From NCBI GenBank assembly GCA_964106915.2, contig OZ066917.1: DNA of 64,000 nucleotides; one strand, given 5' to 3'. The position numbers were made by a program, and so were the translations under genes. Positions within the stretch are counted from its first letter, which is position 1, and each line of letters opens with the position of its first letter. Shown piece after piece: positions 23,370 through 38,300 of the stretch. The notes under the pieces were generated by a model, which saw nothing but the letters and a program-made list of their open reading frames with translations, was not told the DNA's origin and made no database searches. Origin of the DNA: Podarcis gaigeae (lineage: Eukaryota).

Positions 23370-26300
23370 GCTACTACTACTACTACTACTACTACAACAA
23401 CAACAAGATCTTGCAGGGAGAACCTTTCCAGTCCAAAGTACCCAGAATGTATTAAACTCTGTCTGGCCACATAATGCTTTGACCCTTTCCAGTCTGCCTG
23501 CTTCCTTTGGGCAAGAGCTGCTGCTTGGTTTGCTCTTCACTTTACAGGGCTGCTGTTGGCTTTCATTCTGTGCACGCCTACTTGAGGGTAAGTCTCACTG
23601 AACCCAGTGGGACTTACTTGTGCTCTGTCTGGCCCTTTATCCCTCTCTTCCTTCAAAGTAGTGAATCTGACTAGGCAGAAGCTATGTGATAATTGATGTG
23701 GAGCTATGCAGGTTAAAGGCAAAGGTAGAAAAGTGTGTCTTGTTTCCACTAAGGGTGGGGGTAGCTCTTGTCACTGCTATTTGCCTCAGTTCCTGCGAAA
23801 GTTCAGGCATGGAGAGGCATTCTCCTTACATGGAACATTGATGCTTCCTGGCCCCATCCTGGCAATTGAAAGTGATGCCACCAGTGGGTCACATCAGCAG
23901 TTCCTGGAAAGGTGAAGCAGAAGCACAGTAACAGTTTGTTCCTCTTTTCTTTTAGATAGCCAATAAAACAGTAAAACATACAATCTTTTCGCTTATATCA
24001 ACTGTTTTGAAAAGAGCACTGAAAAACATTGAGCACTGTCTAAATGAGACGTTATGGGAGAAGTCCGAAATCTATACACCATCTATGATGCAAGAATTTG
24101 TCCAGCAATACAGAGAAGCGCTTGGCAAGGTAAAAATTAATAAAACTGTGTGGTGCATAATTGCAGTTTTGTGCAGCAGAAAATACGTCCATTCAGGGAG
24201 GATTTCTTCCTCCACTTTCTGTATCCTGACAGCTAAGGTGAAAAATATCCAGAGATATTTCTAATGGATTCTTAACGTCTTCTCCCTCTTGTAATTTATA
24301 TGCTAACTATTACTTGATGCTTTAAGACTTTCTTAATTAATGCTTAATTGCTGAATAATGGGATACTAATGTTTTAAACTTCTTATATGCTTTTATTGAA
24401 ATAATTTCTTTGTGAGGTACTAGTTGCAATTTTTAAGTCACGGTGCTTAGAATAGCAAGATACGTTCAGCCAGTTAGTAGAGATGGTAAAATAGAGTTTC
24501 AATAACTCTGGAATTCTGAATGTGGAAACCTGACTGGGAAGAACACATATCTCTGGGTGCCAGGTTTGGGGAATATCAGCCCCCTATCATTTCAGTAGAT
24601 ATTGAAGATAAGGGGCAACAGTTGTAGACTGACAGTCAATTTGTACTAAGGTAATAGTTGAGCTAAGGTAATAGTTTTCCAATTCTCACAGCTGAGGCAT
24701 CTCATTGGCTACGTTGGGACATAATGCAAAACTGAGAATAAGTCAATCCTCCTCTTGGGCTTGTATGCTCCTCTTTCCTTCTCTAATGCAGCCAGGAGGG
24801 GGATATTGGAAACCTCTGCTTCAGTTTTTAGATTACGTGCAGTTCAGCATGTCATCCAAACCACAAACTGTGGTTAACCTATACCATTGTCTTGCTTTTT
24901 CACACTGACCATAGTGATATGCATGTATTTGGACCTGCTATATAATTGGTGTGATAATTAGTATTCAAAACTGTAGGCCAATTCACTTAAGCCTAGTTCT
25001 GACCAACTGAAGTGAATAGTCATCAGTGGGCTTAATTAGCAGTTGCACAACAAAAACTATTTCTCAGTTTTAAAATACTTCTCATCTTGTAATTCAGACT
25101 TTCTCAAAAAACCAATGTCTGGTAAATTTTTGTATGAATTTGCATAGGGTGTTCTTTCCCCTTTTCTCCTCCATTCCTGCTCTGTAAATAATTCTCTATA
25201 AACATGTTGCAGTGACAAGACAATTCTATAACAATATTTAGTGGCTAATGTTGGTGGTTTTTTTTTAACAAATCTAGCTCTTGCCAGATATGACTACCAT
25301 AGTAGCAGTCTGGCAGTCGCTTCTAAAGCAAGAGAAGGGACAAGATGGACAGAAAGGGAGTGGTGAAGATGCTTCTGTTTCGGAGGAAATAACAGCAGGC
25401 AAAGAAACAAATGGAGAGCATGGTAGGAAAACCTTAGTCATCTTATCTAATGTGCGTGTGAACAGTGGAGCACAATGATTCATATCTGATGAGTCACAGT
25501 GGCTCTGTTCTGTTCTTTGACAACCCCTGTTAACACCTCTTATAGGAGAGATGCTTTTAGAGGCATCTAACATTATTCTAAGAATCTGAGCTCCTGTTTT
25601 CAAAAACGTCTTGAGTTATCCTGGGGTAGTCACAGTGCAGCCTATGCAGACTCCGCAAGGATGCAAAATTCAGTGTTATCATTTCTGCCGAAATGGTGTC
25701 CAGAGCTAAGTTACCCTCCTATCCTGTGCACAACTTAAGCTCTTGCTGCATAAACAAAGGCTTTCAAGGGGGCAAGAGGAGTTGTCTGGATGTGCACCAT
25801 TTTCCTTTTCGCCATGGCCACTCCCTCTCCATTCTGCAGTTCTTTCCTATCACAGAAGGGATGAGATTGATAATTTCTTTGTAGCTCTGACTGTGACTGC
25901 CATATCCACCCACCCCTACCCTCAGTGCATTAATACTTAACTATGTAGGGTTTTGCTAGCCAATACTAACGCAACAGTGTTTGTGGTGGTTGATGCACAA
26001 GCACAAGGGGCAGGGCCAGTTCCAAGCACCAAAGTAAGGGAGCCAGGCTTAGACTGTTAAATGCATAAACCTAACTCCATGATTATAGTTGGTTACTTCT
26101 TAAATCACCCTTGATCCTGACTGCTATTTCACAGAATTGTATTATGTCTTTGCTAGTAATATTATTTTAAAATATGTTAATATATCTACTCTAGGCTCAG
26201 ATGATGCAGAGACCACTCTTTTGAAAGCTGTCTTACTCCACGTGATCTGCCTTTATCAGCAAGCTGTTCCCCATTTAGTAGCACAGAGCAACTTTGACTT

Positions 26301-29300
26301 TAGCAAATTAATAAAAGGTAATTTAAGTGTCTTCAAATTTTGAAGTAAGGCACACATTGAAAATCATTTGTATGATATGTATGCATGCAAAGCTCTGCCA
26401 CTGAGCTATAGCCCTAACATCACATTTTGCTGTTAGACCTCTTTATTTTCCCAGGGTTTTAAATATTTGTTGTGTATTGCAGTGTTTAAACATTTTATAC
26501 TCTTTGATCTATTATGTTCCTTTTTGTGGTTTTAGTTAGTTTTTTCCTTTGTAATTTAATGTTTTATTGAAATCATGTAAGCTCTGGAAATATAATGCAT
26601 GGAATAAAATATTGTTATTTTCCAACCACAGGCATTATTACTGAAAAAGGACTGCGGCAGGAGATCCCTCCTGTTCTACAATATCACATTATCAAGGTGG
26701 CTCTAGAATTGCCTGCAAACAAGTTTTCCTGGTTCAAAATGCAGGTCGGAACATGAGGGTTATTTTTGTCTCCTATATTAAGACCAGCTGTCTTACTCAT
26801 TGGTTTCCTAATCTGTTTTGTCTGTAAGGCAGTCATAAATTCCATTTCGTCAAGAGACCTGTGTGTTGTGAGCAATTATATTCACATTATACAAGTAGTG
26901 ATGTTCTCAGAGGTAGCAATAAAGCTTTGACCATGCTGTAGGGCAGGGATGGAGAACCTTTGGTCCTCCAGATATTGCTGGACTACAAGTCCCAGCATCC
27001 CTGGCCATTTGCCACACTAGTGGCTGATAGGAATCACTATTATTATAATATATATATTCATAGGTAAAGGTATATATTATTATAATACATATATTCGTAA
27101 GTAAAGGTAAAGGGTCCAGTTGTGACCGACTCTGGGGTTGCGGCACTCATCTCGCTTTATTGGCTGAGGGAGCCGGCGTACAGCTTCCGGGTCATGTTGC
27201 CAGCATGACTAAGCCGCTTCTGGCGAACCAGAGCAGCGCATGGAAACACCGTTTACCTTCCCGCCAGAGTGGTACCTATTTATCTACTTGCACTTTGACG
27301 TGCTTTCGAACTGCTAGGTTGGCAGGAGTAGGGACTGAGCAATGGGAGCTCACCCTGTCGCAGGGATTCGAACCGCCAACCTTCTGATTGGAAAGTCCTA
27401 GGCTCTGTGGTTTAACCCACAGNNNNNNNNNNNNNNNNNNNNNNNNNNNNNNNNNNNNNNNNNNNNNNNNNNNNNNNNNNNNNNNNNNNNNNNNNNNNNN
27501 NNNNNNNNNNNNNNNNNNNNNNNNNNNNNNNNNNNNNNNNNNNNNNNNNNTTATAGGGATTCAAGGCATCTTACAGATAAGAATAAGAGCAGCTAGATAC
27601 GGGGGGGGGGGAATCAATATTTTTTTAAAAAATAAACATTGATAGATATAAACTGTAGTTCAAGAAGAAGAATTGCTGTGAGCTGTCCCTGGCTCTTAAA
27701 GCAAAATGCTTACATAGGATTTTCTCTACTGGCATGATTTTAGTTTGTATACAGGTATTTTCTAAAGGAGAAAACCTCTCCCTGATTTAACTACAGAAAA
27801 GTCTTTTGAAAGTTTGCATTTAGAACAAGAAGTGACTTCCAGAGGCTGGGAATGACTGTGCCCATGTCTGTGCCCACTTCTGCCCTTTGCATTTTAACTC
27901 TTTTGTGGAGTGGCATTTGTATCAACGGGAAAGGATTGGGTCTGGGGCACAGGATAAACACTGATAAAGCTTTGCCCTTCAGCAGGTATGCCAAACAAGC
28001 TTGTTTGGGAGGCTCAGAATTTCACAAAGAGGACTGTTCTCTCAGTTGTGTGAGATTCTGAATGAAAGACGGGAGCACAGACAGCAGATCAAATGACTAT
28101 TCAAAGTGAAATTACAAAAGTCCTGTTTGGGTCCTCACCTTTATTAGGACAACCAGTATGTCACAGGAAAGCAAGCGAGCTTTTGATTTCCCAGAATTCT
28201 TCATCAGGCTGGAGTTGAACAAAGGAGTGGAGGAGAAAAAAAGAGAAAGCTGGCTTGGGGAAGGCCTGTAGCCCAGTGGTACCACATCTGCCTTGCATTC
28301 ATCAGGCCACGTTTTAACCTCAACATCTCCAGGTACGCTGGAGGACTGCTGCCAGTCATTGCAGCAAGATGAACCAGTGGTCTGACTCAACACAAAACAG
28401 CTTCTTGTGTTCCTAAGATTTTGAAGCCACAAAGTCTGCATTTAATCATATAATGTAGGTAAAGACTGCAGAGGTGATAGCATTAGCTTCTCCTAGGTGC
28501 TGTGTAGCTTTCAAAATTATGATTATATTTTCAGAAATGGAGGCTTAGCTGTTACTGGTGTAGCCATCCTAGGTGTGGCTGGAAAGCTTTATAGCACCTA
28601 GCCCCACCTACGTTTTAAGACAACAGCCATGTTTGCACATAATGATAAGCAAGACTTTCTGGCTTACTGTGGTTTATTAGGAATGAGAAACATGCTGGCA
28701 CATACCACCTGATCTCCCCCAATTTGCTGCTGCTCCCCTGGTGCAAGCTAGATGAACAAACCAGCAGGGCTTAGCATCCTTTTACAATCCAAACCAAGGA
28801 TTGTGGTCTCTTGCTCCATTACAGGTCACAAATCAGCAGTTGTAGCTTCAGGTTATGTCAGGGCACATCCAGCTTGGATGTAATGAGAAGTCAAGGCTTT
28901 CTCACATCAGGAAAGGAGCAAAGTGGATGCAACTGGGCTATGCGTGCCACCAGCACACCACTTGCCCTGATGAACCATGTAAGCCATAAAATCTGGCTTG
29001 CCATTACATATGAACACAACATATGACTGAACTGTTCTTTTTAATGAATTTATTTCTTTATTTATTGGAGCTTCCAGGGTCTACAAAAACAAATGCAGGA
29101 TTTGTGGCTTGAACATCAAGAGAATTTTCTTTCCTTCCTCTCCCCCATGTCTCTTAACGTTAGACTTAACATCCAGCCTGATAGGACTTAAAAACTTGGC
29201 TACTATTTTGTGGCACTATGGTTGGTCCCATAAAGGTATTGCTTAACTGTGGATGTTTAATTTTTCTTATGGACCAACAAGATATACTTCGCTTTTTGTG

Positions 29301-32300
29301 TTCAAGGGAAGTGGGGAACTCTGAATTGTTCAACCTTGACCCCCAAGCTCTATGAAAGCAGAGTTGGCACTTGGCACAAGTTGTCAGTAACAGGGTTATA
29401 GGCATCAGTCTCTGCGGAGAGAACCCAAAACAATTTTATGAATTGTAATCAATAAAGTGTGTCCTCCTAGGATGAAGCCGAGAAGGTCTCTGGCGAAAGA
29501 TCAGTATTTTATTTGCTGATGAAAATGTTCGTAACAAGCAATCATTTGCACCTCAAAACCTCAACAAAGAAATTGATTATTAAGGTGAGCTTTTTTTTAA
29601 TCTAGTTTTCAAAATTGTGTTGTGCCCACAGAAAAGTTGTTCACAGTGAAGACACTTTAGAACAGGTTTCCTCAGTCTTGGCCCTCCAGATGTTTTTGGC
29701 CTACAACTCCCATGACCCCTAGCTAGCAGGACCTCAGTGGTCAGGGATGATGGGAATTGTAGTCTCAAAATATCTGGAGGGCCGAGTTTGAGGAAGCCTG
29801 CTTTAGAAAGTTGGATTTAGGGTTAGTAATAAGCACGAACACTGTATTCGCGCCCTGGATTGTATCCAGCATTGCATGAATGGCATCCCACTCACACAAC
29901 AGAACTGTCACACCCCCCCAATCTTTCAGAGTTGATTTTTAGGGTATGCAGGGAGCTGGAGGGGACAGGAAAATTGGTTGCACACACATAAGTCTGTTGT
30001 GTGAGTGGAATGGAGCTGCAGGGCTGACTAGAGCCTCCTCTGTTCCATAGAATATACCACTTGTGGCCTGTTTGCTGTATTCCCAGGAAATGGGTTTAGT
30101 TACTTCACTTTTTTATTCTTTCTTCAAGTCTCTGTTATCAAGTCTGTATTATGGCAATGAATTTGGTTGTAGGTTGTGAATACTGATACTCTGCTCTTCA
30201 AGGACACAAAATATACTGCTTATGGAAATCCAAGTTTTCCTTCAGATGTTATGAATGGACTGATACTTGATGAAATCATCTGTGTGGGGAGGTTCAGACT
30301 TCATGCAGGTGGTTGCAAGGCAACCTCCAGTGTGTTACTTGAGCACTTTTGTTAGGAAAAAGCACTGCCAAATGTTACACAACTCCCCTTGGGGTTGCCC
30401 TGGTTTTGCTCTCCACCCTTCAATTTAATGCAGTAGTGGGTTTTTGTTTTTTTTTATATGAAGTCTAAACTGGGTGATTTAGCAGTAAAATCCAGCCCCT
30501 CACTTCACCTTCTGAACAGCTGACTGGTGTGCTTGTGACTTTTACAGGGCCACACACACATGGCTCTAGCTGCTGGATGAGCTGGGGAAACGTAAATGTG
30601 TTTCCCCATCAAGCTAGGGGTTCATGTGTGTGAGAAGTCTGTGGTCTCTTTGTAGGTTGAGGTGAATAACATTGTTTCCATATAAATGTTTATAATTCAA
30701 TTATTCATAGTGCTAGTGTTTTCTTTAGTTACAAACTTTCCTCCCTGCCCTTTACCCTAAGATCCCAGGATGGATTGCAGTGATAAAATGTACAATTATT
30801 AAAACAGGACGCACCCCAAACAGGTTCCTGCCTCTTTTCATAGGCTTGAATTTGGTAGCTGGTGCTGACAGTAAAACTCTCCACCGCAACCCGTGGACAG
30901 GCTATTCCATGCTGTCTGCGTTACAATAAAGGAGAGACAGGGTTTGACCTACCCTTTGGCAGAGTCGTTCAGGGTCCTGAGAGCAAGTTTGAATGATCCT
31001 TACCTAAAGGAATCCTTACAAAATGTTCTCTGGACTAATAGTTCCATCTCTTTTCNNNNNNNNNNNNNNNNNNNNNNNNNNNNNNNNNNNNNNNNNNNNN
31101 NNNNNNNNNNNNNNNNNNNNNNNNNNNNNNNNNNNNNNNNNNNNNNNNNNNNNNNNNNNNNNNNNNNNNNNNNNNNNNNNNNNNNNNNNNNNNNNNNNNN
31201 NNNGCACATGAAATCATTCCAAATGGAACAGAACAGTATAAATTCAGCACAAGAGGTGGGTCCCATGAAACAAAATGCTGTGGCTGTCAAAGGCCAGGGT
31301 GTAAAGAGGTGTGTTGCCAGCATACAGCAGAAGCTGCCCTTAGAAGATGCTGAACACTTCTCTATGGGGTGGGAATTCCAGAATTTATGGAATTCTGCCT
31401 TAAAGAAAGCCCCCTCCCAGGTTTCCACTTCTGAGGGCAGGGCAGTACTGCTGAAAGGGCTCCCTCTACAGATCATCACACCCAAGAAGATCAGTAGGGA
31501 TAGAGAAAGTATTTTATTTACATGGGCTTTAAACACTAATGTGAGCGCTATTGGTGTATGCTATGGAATTGGAATGGAAGGCTCTTGCAAGATGGGGTTT
31601 TTGTGCCGGCATAGATAAAGGAAAGTGGTTGAGGAGGGAGCAACACAAGAGGCTTATATACTTTTAAATAACCTGCTTTTCCATTAATTGTGGTATGTTT
31701 TTAAATAGGGGTCAAGGTAAAAATGACTCTTGCCATCTGCTGCTGATCTTTCTTTAAATCAAACAGCCAAAATGAGAGCTGACATACAAAAATAGAACTG
31801 AAAGCTTTGCATGATAATTGTTTTTTTAACAGGTTCTGCACGACAGTGGAGTATTTGAGTATACCTGGAAGGAACTTGAACTGTGGCTTGAACACTTGGA
31901 TAACACAGCAGAAGGCAAAAAGGAAGCAGTGATTCAGTTTTTGGAAAGGGTAATAAATGTGCAAATTAACCAGATTAACAATGCCAAGAATAGCATATGT
32001 GGGGACTTATTACCTTTTGTTGTTTTAAAGAGGAGAGTGTTTTGAAAAATCATGAATGGATTCTGAGAACTCATATCTCCTAGACACGGAAGGGAACAAA
32101 GGAGATGAGTGATAGGAAAAGGCTTTTGTTAGAGATTTCCACTACAGTGGGTGGCATTGACAAAAGATTGTTTTTCACCATCAGTTTTATATCAGCATCT
32201 GCTGTTACAGCAGAGTGAACAAAGGACATGGGAAGGAAATGCAGCAAAGTTATGTAAACCATGATTTAATCCTACCAACGATGCTATCCTTTTTTGTGTG

Positions 32301-35300
32301 GAAGCTGTTAGTAGCATGCAGGAGAAACATGGTGTGGACTAGAAAGATCACTTCACAGGCAGTACACTGCATAATAAAAGTAATACTTGGTTCTAGGAAC
32401 GCAATTTTATTATAGAATCAAAATGAATCCATATTATACCCCACCCCCCAAAAATTGCTTTCTTCAATGACAACCCTAAATATTTAAGAATACACTATTA
32501 TAAAAAGAGGAATTTATAAAGGTGTCTTCATTTTGTATATGTTTTAATGAGCTCAGGTACCAAAATACATGCAGTTCTGATGGTTTTATGTACGCAATGA
32601 TAAAATATCTGTTTTTCAGCCACTGTGATGGTTGACTTTTGTTCAATTATACAAGATAAAATGTTTAGGCTCCAGGACACCGCATTATATCTTTGGCTGA
32701 CACCTGTGCCATTATGTGTGGAAATGTGTTTTGGCATCTAACGTACATACTCACTGCTAGATTCCTCAAAATATTTTTTCAGGGGTATGTTTCAATATAT
32801 GCAAGGTTCTGCACCAAATGCTGTAGGCTGCCATGAAATGTTACATTGCTCACTGGGGCTGATGAGAATTTGAGTCCAACAACATCTGCAGGGCTAAAGA
32901 TTCCCCAGACCTGCTTTATACTTACAGTTAATAGCACTGCTCCCTTACTATCTTTATGATTAAACATTTGTAATGAAAGCTCACTTTCCATTGCAGATCT
33001 TGGTAAAACTGGTGACCAACCCCTATCCATACACAGATAAAGCAGCAGACCTCGTCCAGGAAGCCAGCATTCTCCAGGTCAACTTGTTTAAGCAAGATGT
33101 TGATAATGCCAGCATACCCATCTCTCACATTGACGGTATGTTCACTTGGGGGGGGGGGGGTCATTATGCAAATCTTCCACAGTTTTTCTGGAAAAGTACA
33201 TGTAGCCAGCATTTTAGAAACAGGCAGAAATTTTTAACTCAGGAGGGGGGCAATACTGTTTTGTTTTGTTCTTGTTTTTATTATGTGGTTTTATTCTGTA
33301 TTTTTGTGCTATGAACTGCCCTGAGATCTTCGTATGAAGGACAGTATACAAATTTAAATGACAACAACAATGCAGTCCTGTGCATGTCTACTTGGAAGCA
33401 AGACCCTTTGAGTATTGTGTGTGTAGGATTGCAGCCTTAGTTGCCTTCTCAAGCTACACTGCAGTTGCTGACATAGATCCACAGCTTTTTCTAAATGCAA
33501 ATGGGATTTTGCATCTTTGCTTATCTTCGGGATCCTAGGCCAATCCAGAGGGTTAATTCAATTTGGGTTTGCTTCCGAGTTACAGGACTAAGGTCAGATT
33601 TCTAAATCAGTTTCTATACCCTTCTGTTGTTATTCATACACACAGAAGTTCATACTACAGATGGTTTGTCAGTTATTACTACAGTTTGTCAATCTAGGTA
33701 ATCCACCAAATCAGAGTTAACACAGACCATGGTTTTTGGTACTGATAGGCTGGCTGGTTGCAACACATGGTTTGTCAGTTCACATACTACACCAAGACAT
33801 CATAATTTTGACATGGTGTCTGAATAAAGCCATTGAGCAGTCGCTAGCTCAAATCATTTAGAAAGAATAGACCATCATCACTGAATTCTCACTGAACACA
33901 TTAAATGTTAATAGACCCGAAATTTGGCATCTCTTTTGAGTTTCTAGGTCCCCCACCCCAGCATTAGATATAGCAGATTTCTTGGGATGAACCCAAAAGC
34001 CTAAATGGTGTGCTACACACAAAATATTCAAAAATCATGCAAGCAGAATTACTGTTTTCTGTTAAGATCTACGCAGGATTGTGTTTTGCTATTTTTAATG
34101 AATGTTTCGTTTTGAGTAATGTTGTACTTGAGATCCTGTTATTCGGCTTCTGTTGACTGTTGACCCATTTCTTTGGGTTCTAGAAACAACCTTCATCTAA
34201 ACTAAGCTTTTTCCCCTTTCAAACTAGATGTTCTGGATATGATCGATGTCATTGTGGAAGGCAATGAAGGCCTAAATGAAGAAATTGGATCTACTTTAAA
34301 TGAAGACATGATTGTCAGCACTTTCCCATTTAGTGCTGTCGTTCCTGCTGCTTTGGAAGCCAGGAACAAGTTGCTTCTTGAGGCTGATGGGAATGCAAGA
34401 GGTATTTCCTTCCTATATTTCTTTTGCATGCTTTAATTCTTAATAATATCGGCAAAGCTTCCCTCTGAGTTCTGACAAAATAATAATATTAGTTGTTGCT
34501 GTCATGGAAAAGGTTTTTAAGCAACAGAGGTTCTTGTTGATTTGAGTTTCTTGCCTACCCATTTTTTAACGACTACATGTGCTTTTTAAAATGCTCATAA
34601 GTATATCAGGGTGCTAACCAATAATTTAGAGGACTGAATTTTCAAGTTAAGAAGCCATACAATTCAATCTGTGTTTTGTTTTGTGTCTTTAGGAGAAAGC
34701 ATAGTGGAGTATCTCATCACCGTTTTCACTGACCTCCTGCATTCTCAGAGAGACCCCTTAGCCCTTTGTTTGCTGTTTCAGCTCTATGATAAAGAACTCC
34801 AGACTGTCTCTCCTCAACTCCGTCAATTCAACCACTACTACTGTCTTTGGATACCAGAGCAAGCTAAGGAAACTCTGGTAAGCAAGGCAACAAGTATTTT
34901 CAGCTGCTTAATTTGATGATGAGCTCACACTGACTGCATTTGGATGTCACACTAAACCACTGTTTGGTGTGTTGACAGTGAGCCTCTGCAAGCCTCATGA
35001 TGGCAACCCGAACCCAGGTGCTTCTGGTACAGTAGCAAGAAAGAGTTCAGAAGATTGTGCTGATTTCCACTAACCACAGTTTAGCATGTTGCTTGAACCC
35101 TAAACTGTGGTTAAGGTAGATTAACCAGTCTCAGAATCCATGATTAACATCAGGCACCCCGAACCTTCGGTCCTCCAGATGTTTTGGACTACAATTCCCA
35201 TCATCCCTGAACACTGGTCCTGTTAGCTAGGGATCATGGGAGTTGTAGGCCAAAACATCTGCAGGGCCGCAGGTTGGGGATGCCTGGTTAACATTAACAT

Positions 35301-38300
35301 GGCCTGTTAGTTTGAATAGCACAACAAGCTATGATTAGACAAAACCCCTTCCTTCCTGTCACAATGGAGTGGGAGGGAAATGTGTGATTTCAAGGCTTGC
35401 TGCAGTTTCTTCTTGTCACATAAATTGTGGTTTAGTGCAGGGTGGGGGAACTTGTTTCAAGCTGATGGCTCTATGCCTTGCAGGGCAATATTCCAGTGGC
35501 CATTGGTAGCGGTGGGTGGCGCCAGAGGCAGAGGTAGGTGGGGCAATGGGTGCAACTGTTAACTTTGTACAATAGGCTACATTCCAGCCACAGAAAGGCA
35601 GAGGTTTCTATACACATGTCTGTAATGGTGTTTCTTTCTTCCCCCTGACCCTGCTTTCTGAAAACATGAAATACATTTTAAACATTTCCAGCAAGGCAGA
35701 AGTGAGTACGTAGACGATTGCCTCTTGCCAGATTCCTCCTTTTCCTCGCTGCTGAAGAATGCCTATCAGAAAGGTGTTGCAATTCTGTTGGAAGAGGGTT
35801 TTGAAGAGAAGCTAAGAGAAGCTATTTCCCAACTCCAGCCTCAGCGGTTCCTGTTAGCTTCAAAGCACGTCCTTCTTTGCCTAAAAACAACCGTGGAGAA
35901 TTTCAACAGTGTAAGAGATGTTGTTTTCTCTCCTTCACCCTTTTCTAAGATTATTGGTTATAATTCCTTCCTCTTTTATTCCCACACCAAGAGCTCTTTT
36001 ACAGATTATGTGGCAGTAAATAAGTGCTTGGCCGCTGCAGGTACATACACCTGAGAAGTGTATAAAGTTTCAGCTCTTAGGCCTGCATGATAGGCACTGC
36101 AGAAAGAACCTTTCGCTCTATGGAAATGTCACAGTTTTAAGAATATTTAAAAAATATGTTGCATGCATCTGGCTTTAAAAAAACCAAACATTTTTAAGTG
36201 TTACAAAGAGAAAAATCATAGACTTTTGTGTATGTGCTCACATGCTCTGCAGTGCAATGCAATGATGTAGTTTCTCCGCTTGGTCCTTTCCCCAAGTTTT
36301 CCCTATTCTGAAATGTATCTTAATTTTCTAACAGTTTGGCAAAAATTTGGGTCTCTCACTTCTCACCTTGTTTGTGGATCTGCTGAAGAGCTTGTTGCAC
36401 AGGGGGGACGCCATAGAACTGTGTGGTCAGCAGAAAAAGAAAAATACACAAACCGAATCTGATCTCTTTGTGGATGCGGAGTGTGTGATGGCAGCAGAGA
36501 CTGGAAACGACAAGGTAATAACTTTTCTCTGTCTTACTGTTTATGAAAGTCAGCCTAGTTAATCGGCCCTTGGAGAGGGGGGAAAAACCTTCTGGCAATT
36601 ATGCATAAATGTTTACAGGTGCAGGCAATTGTTGTGAGACAAAAAATTCTGTTCAAATTACGTTTCCTCAGTGAAGTGGAAAGTCATGCAAGGGGGAAAA
36701 TGACTTAATTCTTCTGTTACTTAGGTATTTTTAGACTGAATAAAGATAAAATCCTAGTCATGCAGTGTTTCTTAATCATGCACCTTCACTTCCATTCACT
36801 GGCCGTTTGTCTGGGAGATGGCTCAGTTCATTCCAGACCATGACTTCCTTGACCCATAAAATAACAAGAGCAGCTCTCTTAGGGAGCAGTCCAAACTCAC
36901 AGCCAGCTGACAAGCTTAGGGTGGGGGGTTATGAAAGGGCAGGGACACTGCTGCACCTGCATCCTTGCAGGAACAAGGGCCAGAGGGATCACTGGAGCTG
37001 ATGCAGTGCTCCTGCCTCAATTGGGCATTAAGAAAAATAATATATATATATATACCAGGGTGGTTCACAAGATAAAAATACAGGATAAAAGCACAAATAA
37101 ATAGTTATAACAAAAACACAGTAATAACCTCCCTCCCATACACACATTTAAAAGGCCATAGAATATTAATTAGCCATAGTCCTGATTGCCTATCACATGG
37201 CGGATTCTGAGCTTCCCCTGCTTCTGACAGGTCCTGGGTCTCTGGGCAGCTTAACAGGGATCTTAAATCAGTTGGGTGATGTCTTTAATTGTAACCATCC
37301 CCATTGCAGATACTGGGAGAAGTGCTTCCTTTGGTCTTCAAACACCCTACGCTGGAGAATTGGTTCCTGGCTGTAGAACAACGTTCTCTCCCTCCCCATA
37401 GTTTAAGCCCAGTTAAAGTGAAGCTGCTTGCTGCTCACCTAAACTGTGGCATTCTTGAGTTGCTGAAGGTGGGCTGCCCAATGTTGCAAGCCAGGAACCA
37501 GCTAGACACGCTCTCTAGATATTTCGAAGCCGTCACTAAATCTGTCTTGGAAGAACTGCATGCTGGGAGAAAAGATGTCTGCAGGTTACATCCCAAAAGG
37601 TCACAGCAGGTGGAGGCACTGCAAGAACTGCAACTGTACATGGATACCCAACAACTGAAGGAAGTGACGTTGGCTATGCTGCAGCTTCCCAAGGCGATGC
37701 TGGCCTCCAAGACAGCTGAAAGCATTTCTGGAAAAGAAACATGCTTGAGCACTTACGGGGAGACTTTGGTGCAGCTGCTCACAGACAGCTACCAAAGGGG
37801 GTCCCTGAAGGGAGACCTCTCCCTCTCAAGAGAGCACATTCAAGGGATGGGGACTCTCTTGTCCACAGCAGTCACAGAAGAGTTGGAAAAGGTCTTCCTG
37901 CATGCGATACAGAAGGAGCCTGTCTTTGCCCAGGCAGTTGGAGTGGATGTGCAGCTTTCCTGCCTTAAGCATTCAACGAAAACGTCCCTTTCCATTGTGG
38001 CTGTGCTGATTCGGTACAGTCGGACTCACTTGCTGCAGTTTGAGCTTTGGTGTCTGAAGCCGGGCGCTTGCAAGCTTCTGAGAAAAGATGTGGACCTCTT
38101 TCTGCCACTTGTAAATACATACTTGGACTGTCGAGAGCAGCACACTTTGAACCACCTGACAGAAGGTAACCATGGTCAACCTATGTAACACTCTTGATCA
38201 GCTTTTTTAAAAAAGGGATTGCAACTTTTTTTTGGATGAAGAGTATGATTTTGAAAAATAAAGTTGTAAATGCCAGTGGTGCAGTGTTTGCGGGTTTTCA

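Noticed and set aside
25487-25510. CTGATGA followed by a short hairpin
   Set aside because: No GAAA or stem III, so not a hammerhead.
30893-31618. 241-aa and 178-aa ORFs
   Set aside because: Artefacts of reading through the N gap.
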